A stretch of 57,323 bases of DNA, counting the filler, from Sphacelaria rigidula (Eukaryota), in the NCBI GenBank assembly GCA_964200075.2. It is 6 parts of 6 records of this genome, joined end to end, with 100 filler letters (N's around TTAATTAATTAA, not from the genome) between each part and the next. Parts side by side here need not be neighbours in the genome. Positions count along the whole stretch, not along the records: positions 38,285 to 47,754 come from CAXNAA020008421.1; positions 47,855 to 57,323 come from CAXNAA020008422.1; 4 more parts are not named here. One strand, written 5' to 3'. The notes under the pieces were generated by a model. It saw only the letters and a list, made by a program, of their open reading frames with translations. It was not told the origin of the DNA and did no database searches. Both the position numbers and the translations under genes were made by a program. Of the stretch, positions 38,185-50,577 are shown piece after piece (the first letter of the stretch is position 1; each line of letters begins with the position of its first letter).

Positions 38185-38284
38185 NNNNNNNNNNNNNNNN
38201 NNNNNNNNNNNNNNNNNNNNNNNNNNNNTTAATTAATTAANNNNNNNNNNNNNNNNNNNNNNNNNNNNNNNNNNNNNNNNNNNN
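38185..38284. other. Artificial contig spacer
   Basis: N44-TTAATTAATTAA-N44. Confidence 0.98.
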
Positions 38285-39408
38285 ACCACAGCCTGGGCCA
38301 AGGGTGGTAGTGAGAAGGAATCACTCCTTGAAGATGATTCCGGCCCTACACCCGCCGAAAGGATCCTCCCCACGCCGTACCGACAAGGCCGGTCATGGCC
38401 TTCGTCGGAGGACGGGGAACGGAAGAATAGCATACTGCGGCAAATTTTGTACGCCGACTTCATCTTGTGCTGCACAAATCACGACTCGGACAAAACAAAA
38501 TGGTTGAACCGAAGGGGGTGCAGTCATGATATTGCATGTCGTGTGTAGTCATAATGCCATTGACCTCGCATCCATACAAAGCCGGGACGAAGCACGCCGG
38601 GTTTTCGCCGGATCAGGCTCGCAGTCAATAACTAAGCGCGATGTGCCGTGATGTGTTTGGCGAGTCACATGAAGGGTGTGCTGCATCCTGCTACTTTGGT
38701 TCGGCTCGAGGTGTACTGGTTATCGTGCATATGGATTACTAGCGTCGAGTGAATATGCTCCCTTCTCTGGTATCGCCACTTCCAGAGACAGTCACGGGTT
38801 ACACGGCTCTATGGGTTTCTCGTCATTCAAACACTACGTAGTATGTCCTTGGCGCGTAGTTGAGGTTCTCCACCCCGCACAAGATTATCTCAGTCGACCA
38901 CACTCATGATAACCGCAGAAAAACGCGAGCGAGGGAAAAAACTGGGACTCTAGCTGCCTACCCTACGATGTGAATTGCGTATTTTACAGCGTCGTTGCCA
39001 GCCGACGCCAAGCCTTGAAAATGTATATTGAGGTTGCGCCGAAGGTGGGCGTTTGCGCGGGGTCGACGTGGTAGTCGAAGAGTAATGCATTTCACAAGTC
39101 TCTCTCGTCGAGTATCTCCGCGCTTGCAACTTTGGTACGTGTACAGTATATCATGGCGATGGCTAGACGGGTCGCGGGGTACAAGGCAAGAGTAAGAGAT
39201 ATGATAGAAATAGCGCGGTTAGTGTGCGATAATCAACTAATAAATCACACAATCAAACTGACCAATACACTGCGCGAAGGTGGAGGGCGGGGTTACTTTT
39301 CAAGGCTTCGAAAGCAGGCTGTGAGGCGCGCTGACTCATTTCCACAGAATATCAGATCAACCACGATTTTGACGTTTCTCTTGAAAGACCCGCCTCCATC
39401 ACGATCTT

Positions 39409-39660
39409 GAGCAATGCTACGGTAGGGATGCACTTTTCGCGCAAAATCTTGTCTGGTTCAGGGGCTCCTAACGGTTCTAGATGCACAAGAATATGGGCCA
39501 GGGCATCACCGTTTGCAAATCGTTTCGAGATGTCCTTGGTACATTGGGCTAGTAATCCTGACGTACTCGCATATTTCATGAGCCGTGTTTTGGATAAGAT
39601 AAAGGGCTCCTGACAATTCTAAGCTCAGAGAATATTTGTGCACCCCTACCGTAACATCAC
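39409..39660. mobile_element. MITE family A, copy 2
   Basis: GAGCAATGCTACGGTAGGG...CCCCTACCGTAACATCAC. Confidence 0.85.
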
Positions 39661-40049
39661 GATGTTCAATTCATCGACTTTAAGGTCCCGGGGAAATATA
39701 TGGGGCATTTTTCAATATCCACTATCGTCTACTTCATGTACATGAGTTTTTTCAGCGAGCGTTTCCGTTTATGTACGGTGGGCGCGGCGCGCCTATCTTG
39801 TCACCGATGAACCGATCAATCCGTGAATGAATCACCATGGAAAAAAGCTACTGAGAACGAAAGTCTTCACCACCGGTTCTTCCTTGGCGATGACAACACA
39901 GGTAGCCACTAAAAATCTCTGTCCCTAGCGAATGATTGGCCGATAGAAATTTTGAGAAACTAGCTTCGCAATACCGCACGAGGCAAGCGGTAACGGTTTT
40001 GCTTTACCGTGGGACTTCCGGCATAATGCGGTGGGTCGCCGGCCCGGCA

Positions 40050-40193
40050 TGACCGCACTATGCTGGGACCCTGCACTATATCGGGAACTCGCAGTATACT
40101 GTGACCCCGCACTCCATGGGGACCCCGCACTACCCCGGTACCCCGCACTATACCGGGACCCTGCACTATATCGGGCCCCCGGCACTATACTGG
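40050..40193. repeat. 18-bp GC-rich minisatellite, ~8 copies
   Basis: Units approximating GGGACCCCGCACTATACC. Confidence 0.85.
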
Positions 40194-40259
40194 TAAAGTG
40201 CGCCGCCTTGCCCCGGTGATCGAACTGTTGCAACTTAAACCACTTTGGGGCGCAAGAAT

Positions 40260-40669
40260 CAGGGAAGGATGACACGTGACGTTTTAAAGTGACACATTCG
40301 AAAACAGGTAACTTTGGGTCATTTAACGGTACGTAAGATTTGATATTTTGTACGGGACATATGTAACGTGACATGATGTAACGTGTGGTCCTTCGCATGA
40401 ACCCTAACATTGCGTTTTACTTTCCAAATGTGACGAAAACTCTGCTTGTTTTCGTGAATATGTAACGTGCCACGAGTTACGTTAAAAATTGACAAAAACC
40501 GTTTTTTTTTACATGTAGGAAACACCGAGAGACACTGCTTCAAGGTTCACATGTTACATCACGTTACGTTGCATTTGTCCCGTCCAAAAAATCAAACCTT
40601 ACGCAGCGTTAAATGGCCCAAAGTTACTTTTCCCTCGTTTTTTTTACGCGTGTCACGTATCCCTCCCTG
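40260..40669. mobile_element. hAT-like MITE with long inverted arms and 8-bp TSD
   Basis: CAGGGAAGGAT...ATCCCTCCCTG termini; flanks GCAAGAAT (40252-40259) and GCAAGACT (40670-40677). Confidence 0.88.
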
Positions 40670-41134
40670 GCAAGACTGCGGGTTCGATCCCCGCTAGATA
40701 GATGCATGGGGCATTTCTTGTTCGAAGACAAATTTCCATAAATACGTTATTGAAAATCTGGAGGCGTGCACAGCGAAAACAATCTGTTCCATTTTACGAT
40801 GGAGTCGAAGCGGTGTGCGGGAAGGGAGTGCTGATCCATGCCGCGATACCCCAATGCAAGGCGCGATCGTATCGGGGGAGAGAGAGAGATGGGTTCGTCG
40901 CTGAAGACCGCATACGTGCCCTGGGGAATGGGAAGCCTCCGAAGTGTGTCGCGAAGAGAAATGCAATTACTTGGTGTTCGTATTGCAGACCGGACTTGTA
41001 ACAAGTGATCTTGGTCGCACTGAGGTGAAGCACAGCACTTCGTAGCACTGGCCGCACTGTAGCGGAAACGCCCCTTTACGCTGGAGAAGTTATTCGTTGT
41101 TGTGCTGTTCTGCGCGTTTGTTCTCATATGGCAG

Positions 41135-41238
41135 TCCGAGAAGGAGGGAAGAGAAGGGCGTCCGCGACTGCTTGTGCTCAAGGGATTGGGCGGCAAGGCC
41201 TTTTGTGCTGGTGGAGACGTCAAGGCCATCGCGGCAGA
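41135..41238 (+). CDS. HIBCH: Exon of a crotonase-family enzyme, most like 3-hydroxyisobutyryl-CoA hydrolase: SEKEGREGRPRLLVLKGLGGKAFCAGGDVKAIAA
   Basis: GGCAG acceptor and GA|GTGAGC donor; LKGxGGKAFCAGGDV motif. Confidence 0.8.
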
Positions 41239-41579
41239 GTGAGCGTGGCATGCCTTAAAGACGATTTTGGAGGACATTTGCGGAATGTTGCATACCCTGA
41301 ACAGTAGACAATATCGGGAAAAAAGTGTATTGCCTTCAGTATCGAATATTTCGTCTATTGCAGTGGACAGCACATTCGATACTGTACGCAGTCTACTTTT
41401 TGCCAATGTAATAGATCATCATTGTCCAGGTTATAGAATGTCAACATGGCCAAACGTTTGTCCGATGTCGAACAGCAGACAGGTGACAGCAAGATGCATG
41501 CCATCTGCGAAAAATGATCCAAGTGTCTTGCGGGTACGTTAAAACCCGTGGTTTCTGGCCGTCAAAATATGTGTGAGAT

Positions 41580-41900
41580 TGATTTGGTTGATGCACTGTC
41601 GCTTATTAAATTATCCCCGAGGTAGTCATGATCCAGCCCCGTTCATTATCCACAACGTGGACGTACCCAAGGTAGGGGCAAAACGAAAACACCCGCTGAA
41701 AGAAACTCGAGAGAGGGAGAAGACGAAAAGAGGAAGGTAGGGAAATGGGAGTGAACTGAACCAAAACAATAGTATAAAGAGATTCAGGATGAAAAATGAA
41801 AAGGAAGCTAGAGGAAAGAAAAGGGAGAATAAGAACACCGATAACCCGTCCTCATGAAAAACAACAATAAGTGCGACAAAAAAGAAGAGGAAGCGAGCAG
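41580..41900 (-). mobile_element. Retroposon 3'-end copy (reverse orientation)
   Basis: GATTTGGTTG...TGTCGC...GACGTACCC followed by an A/G-rich tract. Confidence 0.6.
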
Positions 41901-42001
41901 TATACAAGGGGCAAGAAATGAAAAACACTTGCGTTATGGCTTTAGGCAACGAGGCTTTGAGAAAAGAGAGAAGACTATAATAGAGAATAAGAGCTGTGGA
42001 A

Positions 42002-42257
42002 GAGCAATGCTACGGTAGGGGTGCGCTTTTCGCGCAAAATCTTGTCTGGTTCAGGGGCTCCGAATGGTTCTAGATGCACAACAGTATGGGTCAGGGCATC
42101 CCCGCTTGCAACTTTATTCGGGATGTCCCTAGCACATTGGAATAGTAATCCTGGCGTACTCTCACATATTGCATGAGTCGTGTTTTGGATGAGATAGAGG
42201 GCTCCTAACAATTCTAAGCTCAGAAAATATTTGTGCACCCCTACCACAGCATCACCC
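42002..42257. mobile_element. MITE family A, copy 3
   Basis: GAGCAATGCTACGGTAGGGGTGC...GCACCCCTACCACAGCATCACCC. Confidence 0.88.
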
Positions 42258-42544
42258 GGAAGCTATTTTGAAACCACACTTCTTGGGCACCATATGTAGA
42301 TGGTGATGAAATGATTATGTCATGGCCATGCCACAGAGTGAGAGAGACATCTAGTGCCATCGAATGTTAGTGGTAGAAATATGTTTAAGATGTCGTGTGA
42401 TCCTAGGCTAGAACATGTCCATCATGGTGAACATGCTTTTGTGGATCATGACGAACTCATCGTGTCATAGTCCATCACCACAGAGTGACAGTCGACAACT
42501 TTGTTTACAAATGTTCTCACGCTTTCCACGGTGGAAATAAGATA

Positions 42545-44340
42545 TTATCACACCCTGGATGATGGACGGCATTTATTGCGATAGCAATATATTCTGCTGC
42601 AGCAAATGTCAATATTGTCGTCCGTAATGGCCATCGATCGGCAAGTTTACCTTTCTATTGTCGTTCGCAATGTCTATTGATAGACCAGTTTCCCACACTC
42701 TTGTCTGGGCAGCAGTCTGCTGTGGCCCTACACCGAAATCTATTGCGGCCGACCAAATACATCGTACGATAGCTTTCCAAATCGTTTGATGACGGCAATG
42801 TCTATCGATAGACCGCGTGCCAAATTCATTGATGGCCGCGATGGCTGCTGACAGATTGTATATCAAATCTATTGATGACGGCAATAGCTATTGATAGATT
42901 GCGTATAAATCTATGCGTGGCGGCAATGGCTATCAGTAGATACATACCATAGTCTACTGTGGTATACAGTGCCTACCGATAGGTATTCTCTGTCGTCTAT
43001 TGCCACACCTACATCGCAACATTCTACGTATAGAGCATATAATACTCTGTCAGGGTACGGTAGAGAAGCCGCAGGTGGACATGCAGTGGGTATATAATGA
43101 TACTACTTGTGAACATATGACATCTCGTTGATACAATTTTGGAACGCCTGTATTTTGTGGGAATCCGCAATATGTGTAGACAAAAGTTCGCAACTTTTGT
43201 TGTTGGTGAGGTGTTAGTACTTATGGTTGTCCCTCTGATGGACATGAGCACTTACAGTACTTTTGTGTGTGGGTGAGATTTGCTTATACCCTGAGCAAAA
43301 GACTATGTAATAGAACATTTACGCTGCAATAGACCCGAAAATTTGACTAATGCAACGTTCATCGTCAGCCATTATCGACTGGCATCGAAGTCTATCGATA
43401 GCTCTTGTAGGCGACAATAGATTCGGGACAAGGGACAGAATGTATCATTGCCGTGATAATGGAGGGGCCAAGTCGTCTATCGATACATTTTATTCGTTGC
43501 AATAGGCTCTGAATCATGGCCACCAATGTCTATTGCTAATCACAATAGAACCTACCACGCGGCCACCAATACATATTGTTGGTCACAATAGGATCTGAAT
43601 TGCGCCCACCAATCTCTATTGAGGGTCACAATAGAATCTGAATCGCGGCCACCAATGTCTACCGCTCGTCACAATGTCTGAATCGCGGCCGCTAATGTCT
43701 ATTGCTGACCGCAAAAGTAGCTGATTGGCGTCGATCATTAGCGCTATGTATGCACATATTTCTATGTATGTTTTCACCTTATCCCACAAAAGCTATCGCC
43801 AGCTATCGCCTGAGGTCGTTGCGTGATCATGTGTTCGGGGTATTCCCGTTGGTATCATGAGACTACTGCAGTGAGCAGTCTATTTTTCAAAACCTATCGT
43901 TGGCGTCACTGGCTATCGATAGGTGCTCCCGAGAACAATCGGTTCTTGACGGCGATGTCCATATTGGTGAATACAAAAAATGTATTGTTGGCGGCAGAGG
44001 CTACCGATAGACGGCTCACCAAATCTACTGATGGCGGTAACGGGTATTGATAGATGGCTCACCTAATCTATTGATGAAGGCAATGACTATCGATGGATGG
44101 CTCACCAAACCTATTGATAGGGGCAATGACTATCGATGGATGGCCCACCAAACCTCTTGATTACGGCAATGGCTATCGATATATACGACCCATAATCTAT
44201 TGCAATACACGATCTCCATCGATGGCGAGTGATCTTCACCCATTGTAGTTGCCATAGGCTATCGATCGACTATTGCAGCATATATTGTCCCTTGCAATAC
44301 ATATCAATAGATATCTTTCACCATCTATCGTGTTCGATAC
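42545..44340. mobile_element. Non-autonomous repeat element with ~43-bp subrepeats (copy 2)
   Basis: Homologous to 6190-8700; 43-bp period visible at 44079, 44122 and 44165. Confidence 0.75.
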
Positions 44341-44454
44341 TATATATATATATATCGATAGATTTTTCGCCGTGTCTATCGCTGAAGTAATTGACTATTA
44401 TTATGTCCATTGTCCAGAGCCATTGTCCAGAGTGTGGATATTATGAAAAAGGAA

Positions 44455-44540
44455 ACCCAATGGATCGGGAATCGAACCCCCGTTCTCTCCACCCCAATAG
44501 CGACAGTTGGACCATTACACCATCGGATCACGGCGGAACA
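44455..44540 (-). mobile_element. tRNA-derived SINE head (family B fragment)
   Basis: Minus strand carries TGGTGTAATGGT (A box) and GGTTCGATTCC (B box). Confidence 0.65.
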
Positions 44541-45239
44541 ATGCCAACCAAAAATCCCCCACTTCGCGGTACACCCTACAAAACGCAGCCTTGGAAATAA
44601 CCATGGTGTCATTCGGTTACGGCATGTGGCCAGTGGGCACAGGAGCGAAATCGCCCGTTTGTTTATCCCTTCTGTTGTACCTTCGACCCGTCTTCTTCCT
44701 TGGATCGACTCCGTCGTGTCGGCAGATGAAGCTGTCTATGTTTCCCCCGGTACATGCCTCACATTTTGGTGTCGCGGATTGCATGAGCACTCCCGCACCG
44801 CGTCCACGCTTGTCAAATAACACCCCCTTGCTACCCACCGTCCGTGCGTTTTTTTAAAGGCGGAAGCCAGGTTCTGCTGCAAACATACCGCACCGTGGAC
44901 AATACATGATCACTACATGCAATAGACAAAAAGGTACTGGGTTAAGTATGGGCATACTGCAACTAATATCGACTATCGTCGGTCGACAATAGTTGCAATA
45001 AGTCCATACTTGAGCCAGTTCAATTTTTTGTATATTGCATGTATTGGCCATATATTGTCCACGGTGTGAAACATAAACATACCCTTCGGAATTTTGAACC
45101 CGCGGCCTTCCGCCTTTTAACCTGGATATTCAAGTGCTGGTTTAATTTAGACCACCGGGGTGCGAGTGGCACACTGCAGGTACCTGTTATCTATTCGATA
45201 TTTGCTTAGGATATGGCTCACCTAGTATATGTAGTACAG

Positions 45240-45530
45240 TTGCGCGCCTCGGTGATGTAGCGGTGTTACTGACGCCATTATGGTGTGGGAGAACGATGGT
45301 TCGATCCCTGCCGAATGCGTTTTTTTTTTTTTCTAAGAAGAGCCTGATTTCCATCATGGGGAGCGTCAGGGCGTGAGTAACAAGTTGAGTCTGTTTGACA
45401 AGAGTAGACGCAGTGCGGCAGGGCTGGTAGTCATGATCCAATCCGCGAGACCAAAATGTAAGGAGGCGTGTGCCGGGGGGGAGATGGATCGATCCCTTGA
45501 GACGGCGGACCCGTCTCAAGGAAGCGGAGG
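45240..45530 (+). mobile_element. tRNA-derived SINE (family B)
   Basis: GGTGATGTAGCGGT...GGTTCGATCCC head; body CCGCGAGACCAAAATG is shared with 47430-47722 and 44690-44850. Confidence 0.7.
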
Positions 45531-45739
45531 GGTTGGAAGTGTGACAAAATAGCAAACACGTGTACAGTGTAGTACAGATCGCCGGCAATAAGAACTGCGT
45601 GGATGAAAAAAAAAGTCCCAAATGTAAATGGTCGACCGACAGCGTAGATACTCGCAAGTTAAGGCAGTACCACACGAGCTATTTAGGCGATATCTTTCTG
45701 CGTCTTTACTTTCTTTTTCTAGTTTTAATTCGTCATACT

Positions 45740-46188
45740 TTTAATTCTTCGCCTCTCTCGGGATGGGTCCGCGGCCTCGCGGGATGAACCTATATGTACC
45801 CCTCCATGCACTTGTATTGTGTGCTTCGTTGTCGTGTTGTATTATCGTCCCATTTATTCTGGACGCCGGTCTCCACTTTTCGGTACATGTGGGCGCGCAC
45901 CAGCCGGGGTCACACAGGAGGAAAGCCAACGCAGGAGTATTCTTGTTTTTGTTTTGAGTTCTCCGCCTTCCTTCTGCATTGCTTCCTTTTATTTTTTATC
46001 GCGAGAGGGGCCCAGCAGTCTCTTCCCCTCGTCGACCATTAAGTCGAATTTTGTGTACCCACGACATAGTCGCTCTGCATTGTTGGGCATTGTGTGATGA
46101 AAAATCCCAGGTCGCTCCGAGAGTCGAACTCACGACCCAACCGTCAGAAGGTTCCAAGGTTGCCAACTGAGCTACCGGGGCGACCGGC
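45740..46188 (-). mobile_element. tRNA-derived SINE (family C), near full length
   Basis: Minus-strand head GCCGGTCGCCCCGGTAGCTCAGTTGG...GTGAGTTCGACTC has A and B boxes but no complete cloverleaf. Confidence 0.75.
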
Positions 46189-46649
46189 TCATTGTACACG
46201 CCTTTTTAAATTGTGGTGTCATCGCGGACTGGACCAGCACTCTCGCACGCCGTCGATGTACTTTCCTTAACCCTTTTAGAACTCGCGAAAACAGTACAAA
46301 TTCCCATATTTGAGCTTTCGTCACCTGGAAAACGTCACTTGAAGTTCGGTGCACGAATATGTCACATGAGTATACTTGAACTTAGAGGGGTGCACCGTTT
46401 TGGTGGGCTGCATGATCATGATCATGATCATCATCAACACTTGCAGAAAAAAAAACAGATCTTGCTGAACGAAAACGTCAATTGTAAATCGTCATTTTTT
46501 CATCAACGGTTCCAAAAGGGTTGCCTCAATTTTCGCTTCGACTCACATCTTCACGATCCCAACGACAAGAATCAGATACTTCCCCATTGCAAAAAATGAA
46601 ACCGATGCCTACCGGGAATTGAACCCACCACCTTCCGCCCGAAGTAGTC

Positions 46650-46930
46650 ATTGTTGTTCTGGTTAGTGTTGGCGTTGTGCTTGTGTGGAGAGGTAGCACT
46701 GTTGAAATACTCTCTCTTTTGTTTTATTTTATATATATTTTGGTATTATTTTCATTTGTCTGTTGTGTCTGTGGTACCTTCTCTGCTTTCTTCACTTTTC
46801 TTCTGCGAGTGTTTCAGTTTTATTTTTGTCGCGGGTACGTCTACCATGCGTATAATGACCACCACTGGATCATGACTCCTGGGGATAAGTTGAATTGCGA
46901 CAATCAAAATAAATCAAATACAATAAAATC
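46650..46930 (+). mobile_element. Retroposon 3'-end copy
   Basis: T-rich tract, GGGTACGTCTACC...TGCGACAATCAAAATAAATCAAAT. Confidence 0.65.
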
Positions 46931-47281
46931 AGAATACTACCCAGTACAGCAATAGCTGTCGCTACTCTCCTTTATTACGACGCAGTCATTCGTTGAGCTC
47001 TGTGCTGATATAGTTTTTTAGTCCTTGGACTATGATTTAATGGTTGTCTGTCCGATTAAGCACAAGGACTGTCGCTCACCCCAAGCTCTTGCTCGCTAGG
47101 ACGAGATGTCATTTTTTGTCATGCACGAGGTAAGCGTGACGGAGTTGACTGAATATTCTTCCCGGAAAAACTTACCTTCAAGGCGTAAGAACAAATGCCG
47201 CTGCCTCCTCCTCTTCACCCGCTTCGTGGAAGCATCCCCCCCCCCCCGGTCAATGGTCTTATGACTGCTTATTTTTCCTAC

Positions 47282-47315
<34 letters not shown>

Positions 47316-47410
47316 TTTTATTTTTATTTTTTATTTTTTATTTTATTTTATATCATTTTATATCATTTTATATCATTTTGTATCATTTCATTTCATTTCA
47401 TTTTATTATT
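47282..47410. repeat. (TAT)n and TTTTA/CATTT low-complexity tract, probably the SINE tail
   Basis: Directly visible, adjoining the minus-strand SINE. Confidence 0.85.
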
Positions 47411-47429
47411 ACTTACTTGTCGCACTTTG

Positions 47430-47722
47430 AACCGCTCCCCTTCCTCGGGATGAGTCCTTGCTCTCAAGGGATCAACCCTTCTCTCCCCGGTACACGCCTT
47501 GCATTTTGGTCTCGCGGATTGGGTAATGACCATCAGCACTCCCGCACCGCGTCAACTCACGTCAAACACACTCAGTCGACTACTTTGTTTACTCACGTTC
47601 CCTCGCTTTCCAAGGTGGGCCTCAGACACTACGAAGAAAAAACCCACCGCATCGGGAATCGAACCCTCGTTCTCTCCACCCTCATGGCGGCAGTCCGACC
47701 ATTACACCACCGGGGCGCGGCG
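47430..47722 (-). mobile_element. tRNA-derived SINE (family B)
   Basis: Minus-strand head GCCCCGGTGGTGTAATGGT...GGTTCGATTCCC. Confidence 0.72.
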
Positions 47723-47754
47723 GCATACATGTCATGCATAATCATGAGTGCGAG

Positions 47755-47854
47755 NNNNNNNNNNNNNNNNNNNNNNNNNNNNNNNNNNNNNNNNNNNNTT
47801 AATTAATTAANNNNNNNNNNNNNNNNNNNNNNNNNNNNNNNNNNNNNNNNNNNN
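47755..47854. other. Artificial contig spacer
   Basis: N44-TTAATTAATTAA-N44. Confidence 0.98.
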
Positions 47855-47875
47855 GAGGTGGAGTCGAAACCATCC

Positions 47876-47923
<48 letters not shown>

Positions 47924-50085
47924 ACGCCAACATAAGCGCAGACGCCGATACCTACGCCGACACAGACACCAGCGCAGACGCCGACGCCTACGCCGACGCT
48001 CACATCGGCATCGGACACTGCCTCGTCGCCCGCACTGTCACCCTCTTCCACGGGTCCCTCGTAAGATGGCGGGGGGGGCGGCGACGCTCCTCAACTCCCG
48101 AGCACCAAGCAACGCCGTCTTGCGTGGGCTGACCGGTTACCAACACCAAGGGCGGGTCGTACGAGGAGCCAAACGCGCGAGGCCATGGGGCCGGCACACG
48201 CACGAGGTGAAACGCTGGTGGCTAGCGGAGCGGAGGAGAACAAAAAGGAAGCGGAGACGATGCTGACGGGAATGGCGGAGGACAAATGCTCAACCATGGA
48301 GATGATCACCGCGGCAGCAAGACAGGTGGCCGAACAAGACGCAATCGCTTCGACTCAATACGAGTTAGCTGAAAACGACTTTTTTTGTTTTGTTGCTGAG
48401 GAAAACAGGGTAGGGCAGCCTGAGTTCGGTTTGCGTTCACCGGTTGGCCTACACGTGAGCGAAATAGAGGCAGCACCAACCAGTATGAATGGCATTGCCA
48501 AGTCAAACGTTTGAGAGGCATAGTTAGGCGCGATGCAGGCCGAGCTAGGAGGTCACTAAAAGGCTGGAACATTTTCGACTGGCCCTGTACCGGAAGCAGC
48601 AACCGTGATTTCAGCGAAGTGGGTTTTTAGTTGGAAGACCGACGCAGATGGCACTGTAACGAAGGCAAAGGCAAGGTTGGTAGCGCGAGGTTTTGGACAA
48701 CGTTTTGCAGTCGATTATTTTGAGACTTTCGCGGCAACGCCCTCCATGGCCTCCATCAAACTGGTCATAGCAGTGACAGTTCAGGAAGAGTGGCCGCTGT
48801 ACCATTTTGATGCGACACAGGCTTTTTTTCAAGCAGAAATGGATACTGAAGTGTACATGAGGTTGCCTGAAGGATGCTCCGTTTTGACAGACGTGACCGT
48901 GAAGCTTGAAAAATCTATTTACGGGATCAAGCAAGCGGCTCCGTTTTGACAGACGTGACCGTGAAGCTTGAAAAATCTATTTACGGGATCAAGCAAGCGG
49001 GCAGGAAGTGGTCTCGTCTTCTGTGCCAAACTTTGCTGGAGGATGTCGGGATGTTGCAATGTGAGGCTGACCCATGTGTATTCAAGATGGAGGATGCAGG
49101 AGACGTACGTGTGATTTTAGTTGTCCATGTGGACGACATCCTAATCAGTGGTTCTGAGGAATACGTAAGAAAGATGGGCCAACTCCTTAACACAAAATTC
49201 CGTACGAAAAATCTCGGAGAGGTTACCTGGTACATGGGGTGCGCAGTGGATAGAGATTGGAATAGAGGCACGCTGTCTGTGACGCAAACCACGTTCACAG
49301 ACACGCTCCTAAAGCGTTTTGAGGTGAGGGGGTACTCGGAAATCCCTGCCTCTGTTTCTGTAAAGTTGGGGCCGACAACGGGCGAAAACAAAAAGGTGAA
49401 TCGCCCATAGTGTAACGCAGTGGGGGGGTTGATGTGGCTGGCAACAGTCACCAGACCCGACATCGCGAATTCGGCACAAGCGCTTGCTCGCCAATCGCAT
49501 GACCCATGCGAGAGGCACTGGGAAGCTGTGGTGAAAGTTCTGAAGTATCTCAATGAGACGAGAGAGTTTGGACTTACGTCCAAGAAAGGTCATGATAGGC
49601 TCTCAGTCTACTGCGATGCAGATTACGCTGAGAAGGAAACGGATAGGCGTTCGGTATCAGGGGTAGCCGTGATGTACGGTGGTGTGGTAGTGTCGGCAAC
49701 GAGCAGCACGCAACACTGCGTAACTCTGTTAACTACGAAGGCAGGGTATGTTGCAATAGCCGAGGGGGCAAAGGAGGGATTGTTTGTGAAGGCAGTGTTG
49801 ACGTTCCTGCGACCGCAGACTGTGTCGGGATGCGGGGAGGGCCAAGGTATTCTTTTGTACGAGGACAACGAGGGAGCAAAAGCTCTGGCCGAGAATCCTC
49901 TCAGTTCCGAAAGGAGGAAACACATAGACGTGATATATCACTTCATTCGAGAGCTGGTGGGGACGGGAAAGATCAGGGTTGTACATGTAGGCTCAGGATG
50001 GCAGCATGCAGATATTTTGAAGAAGCATCTCTCGATCAGCCTGTTTACGAGGCACAGACGTTTTTTTTATGAACTTGGAAGGTGA
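47855..50085 (+). mobile_element. Degenerate Ty1/copia 3' half: linker with (ATC)n, RT, RNase H
   Basis: KWVFSWK...KARLVARGF, SIYGIKQAGRKW, VHVDDILI, TRPDIA, CDADYA..DRRSVSG, EDNEGA, KHIDV; stops and a duplication frameshift. Confidence 0.95.
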
Positions 50086-50286
50086 CAAGTAGGTACGTTT
50101 TTTTGTGCGTACCATTGTGCTCGTACCGGGTATTTATAGATTTATAAGTGATGCATTTATGCGCATTATGGGTGAAGCCACACACGCTACTTTGAGGGGC
50201 ATGGGTTTTGTAGGGCGTTTCCTGACATGTCGTGTAGCTGCCTTGAGCGGCGTCCATGGATTATCTAGATGGAGCACAAGCTGCTT

Positions 50287-50577
50287 AGGGGAGGGGAGTT
50301 TTGTACAGATGGCCGGGTTTCCCCCTTGAAACTTTTGTTTTTTGAGAGAGGAAAAGCCACGACGACTGATGTACCGGTTCAGAGGAGGTGTTCATGTGGA
50401 CAGGTACACTGAGTGAACATTCATATGTGCGGATAGATTAATGAGGACGCACGGGTACTGGTAGTCGAGTGTGTGTGACTACAGTACCACGCTCGGGCTG
50501 GCAACCACGGTAGCACCTGGGCCCACTCAACGTCTGATCCCTCTGTCATAGGGTCGACTCAGTCTAGGCACTCTCCA
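50287..50577 (+). mobile_element. Possible PPT and 3' LTR of the preceding copia
   Basis: AGGGGAGGGGAG purine tract ~200 bp after RNase H; candidate ...CTCTCCA end. No partner LTR. Confidence 0.35.

Noticed and set aside
38285..39135. Possible first exons of divergent genes near the contig start
   Set aside because: Several short open frames with splice-like sites, but no motif support and no link to the HIBCH exon.
43990..44210. 43-bp periodic repeats as a possible CRISPR array
   Set aside because: The whole unit repeats with no unique spacers, and it is part of a dispersed element also present at 6190-8700.
46100..46188. tRNA gene
   Set aside because: A and B boxes are present but there is no complete cloverleaf, and it is attached to a SINE body.
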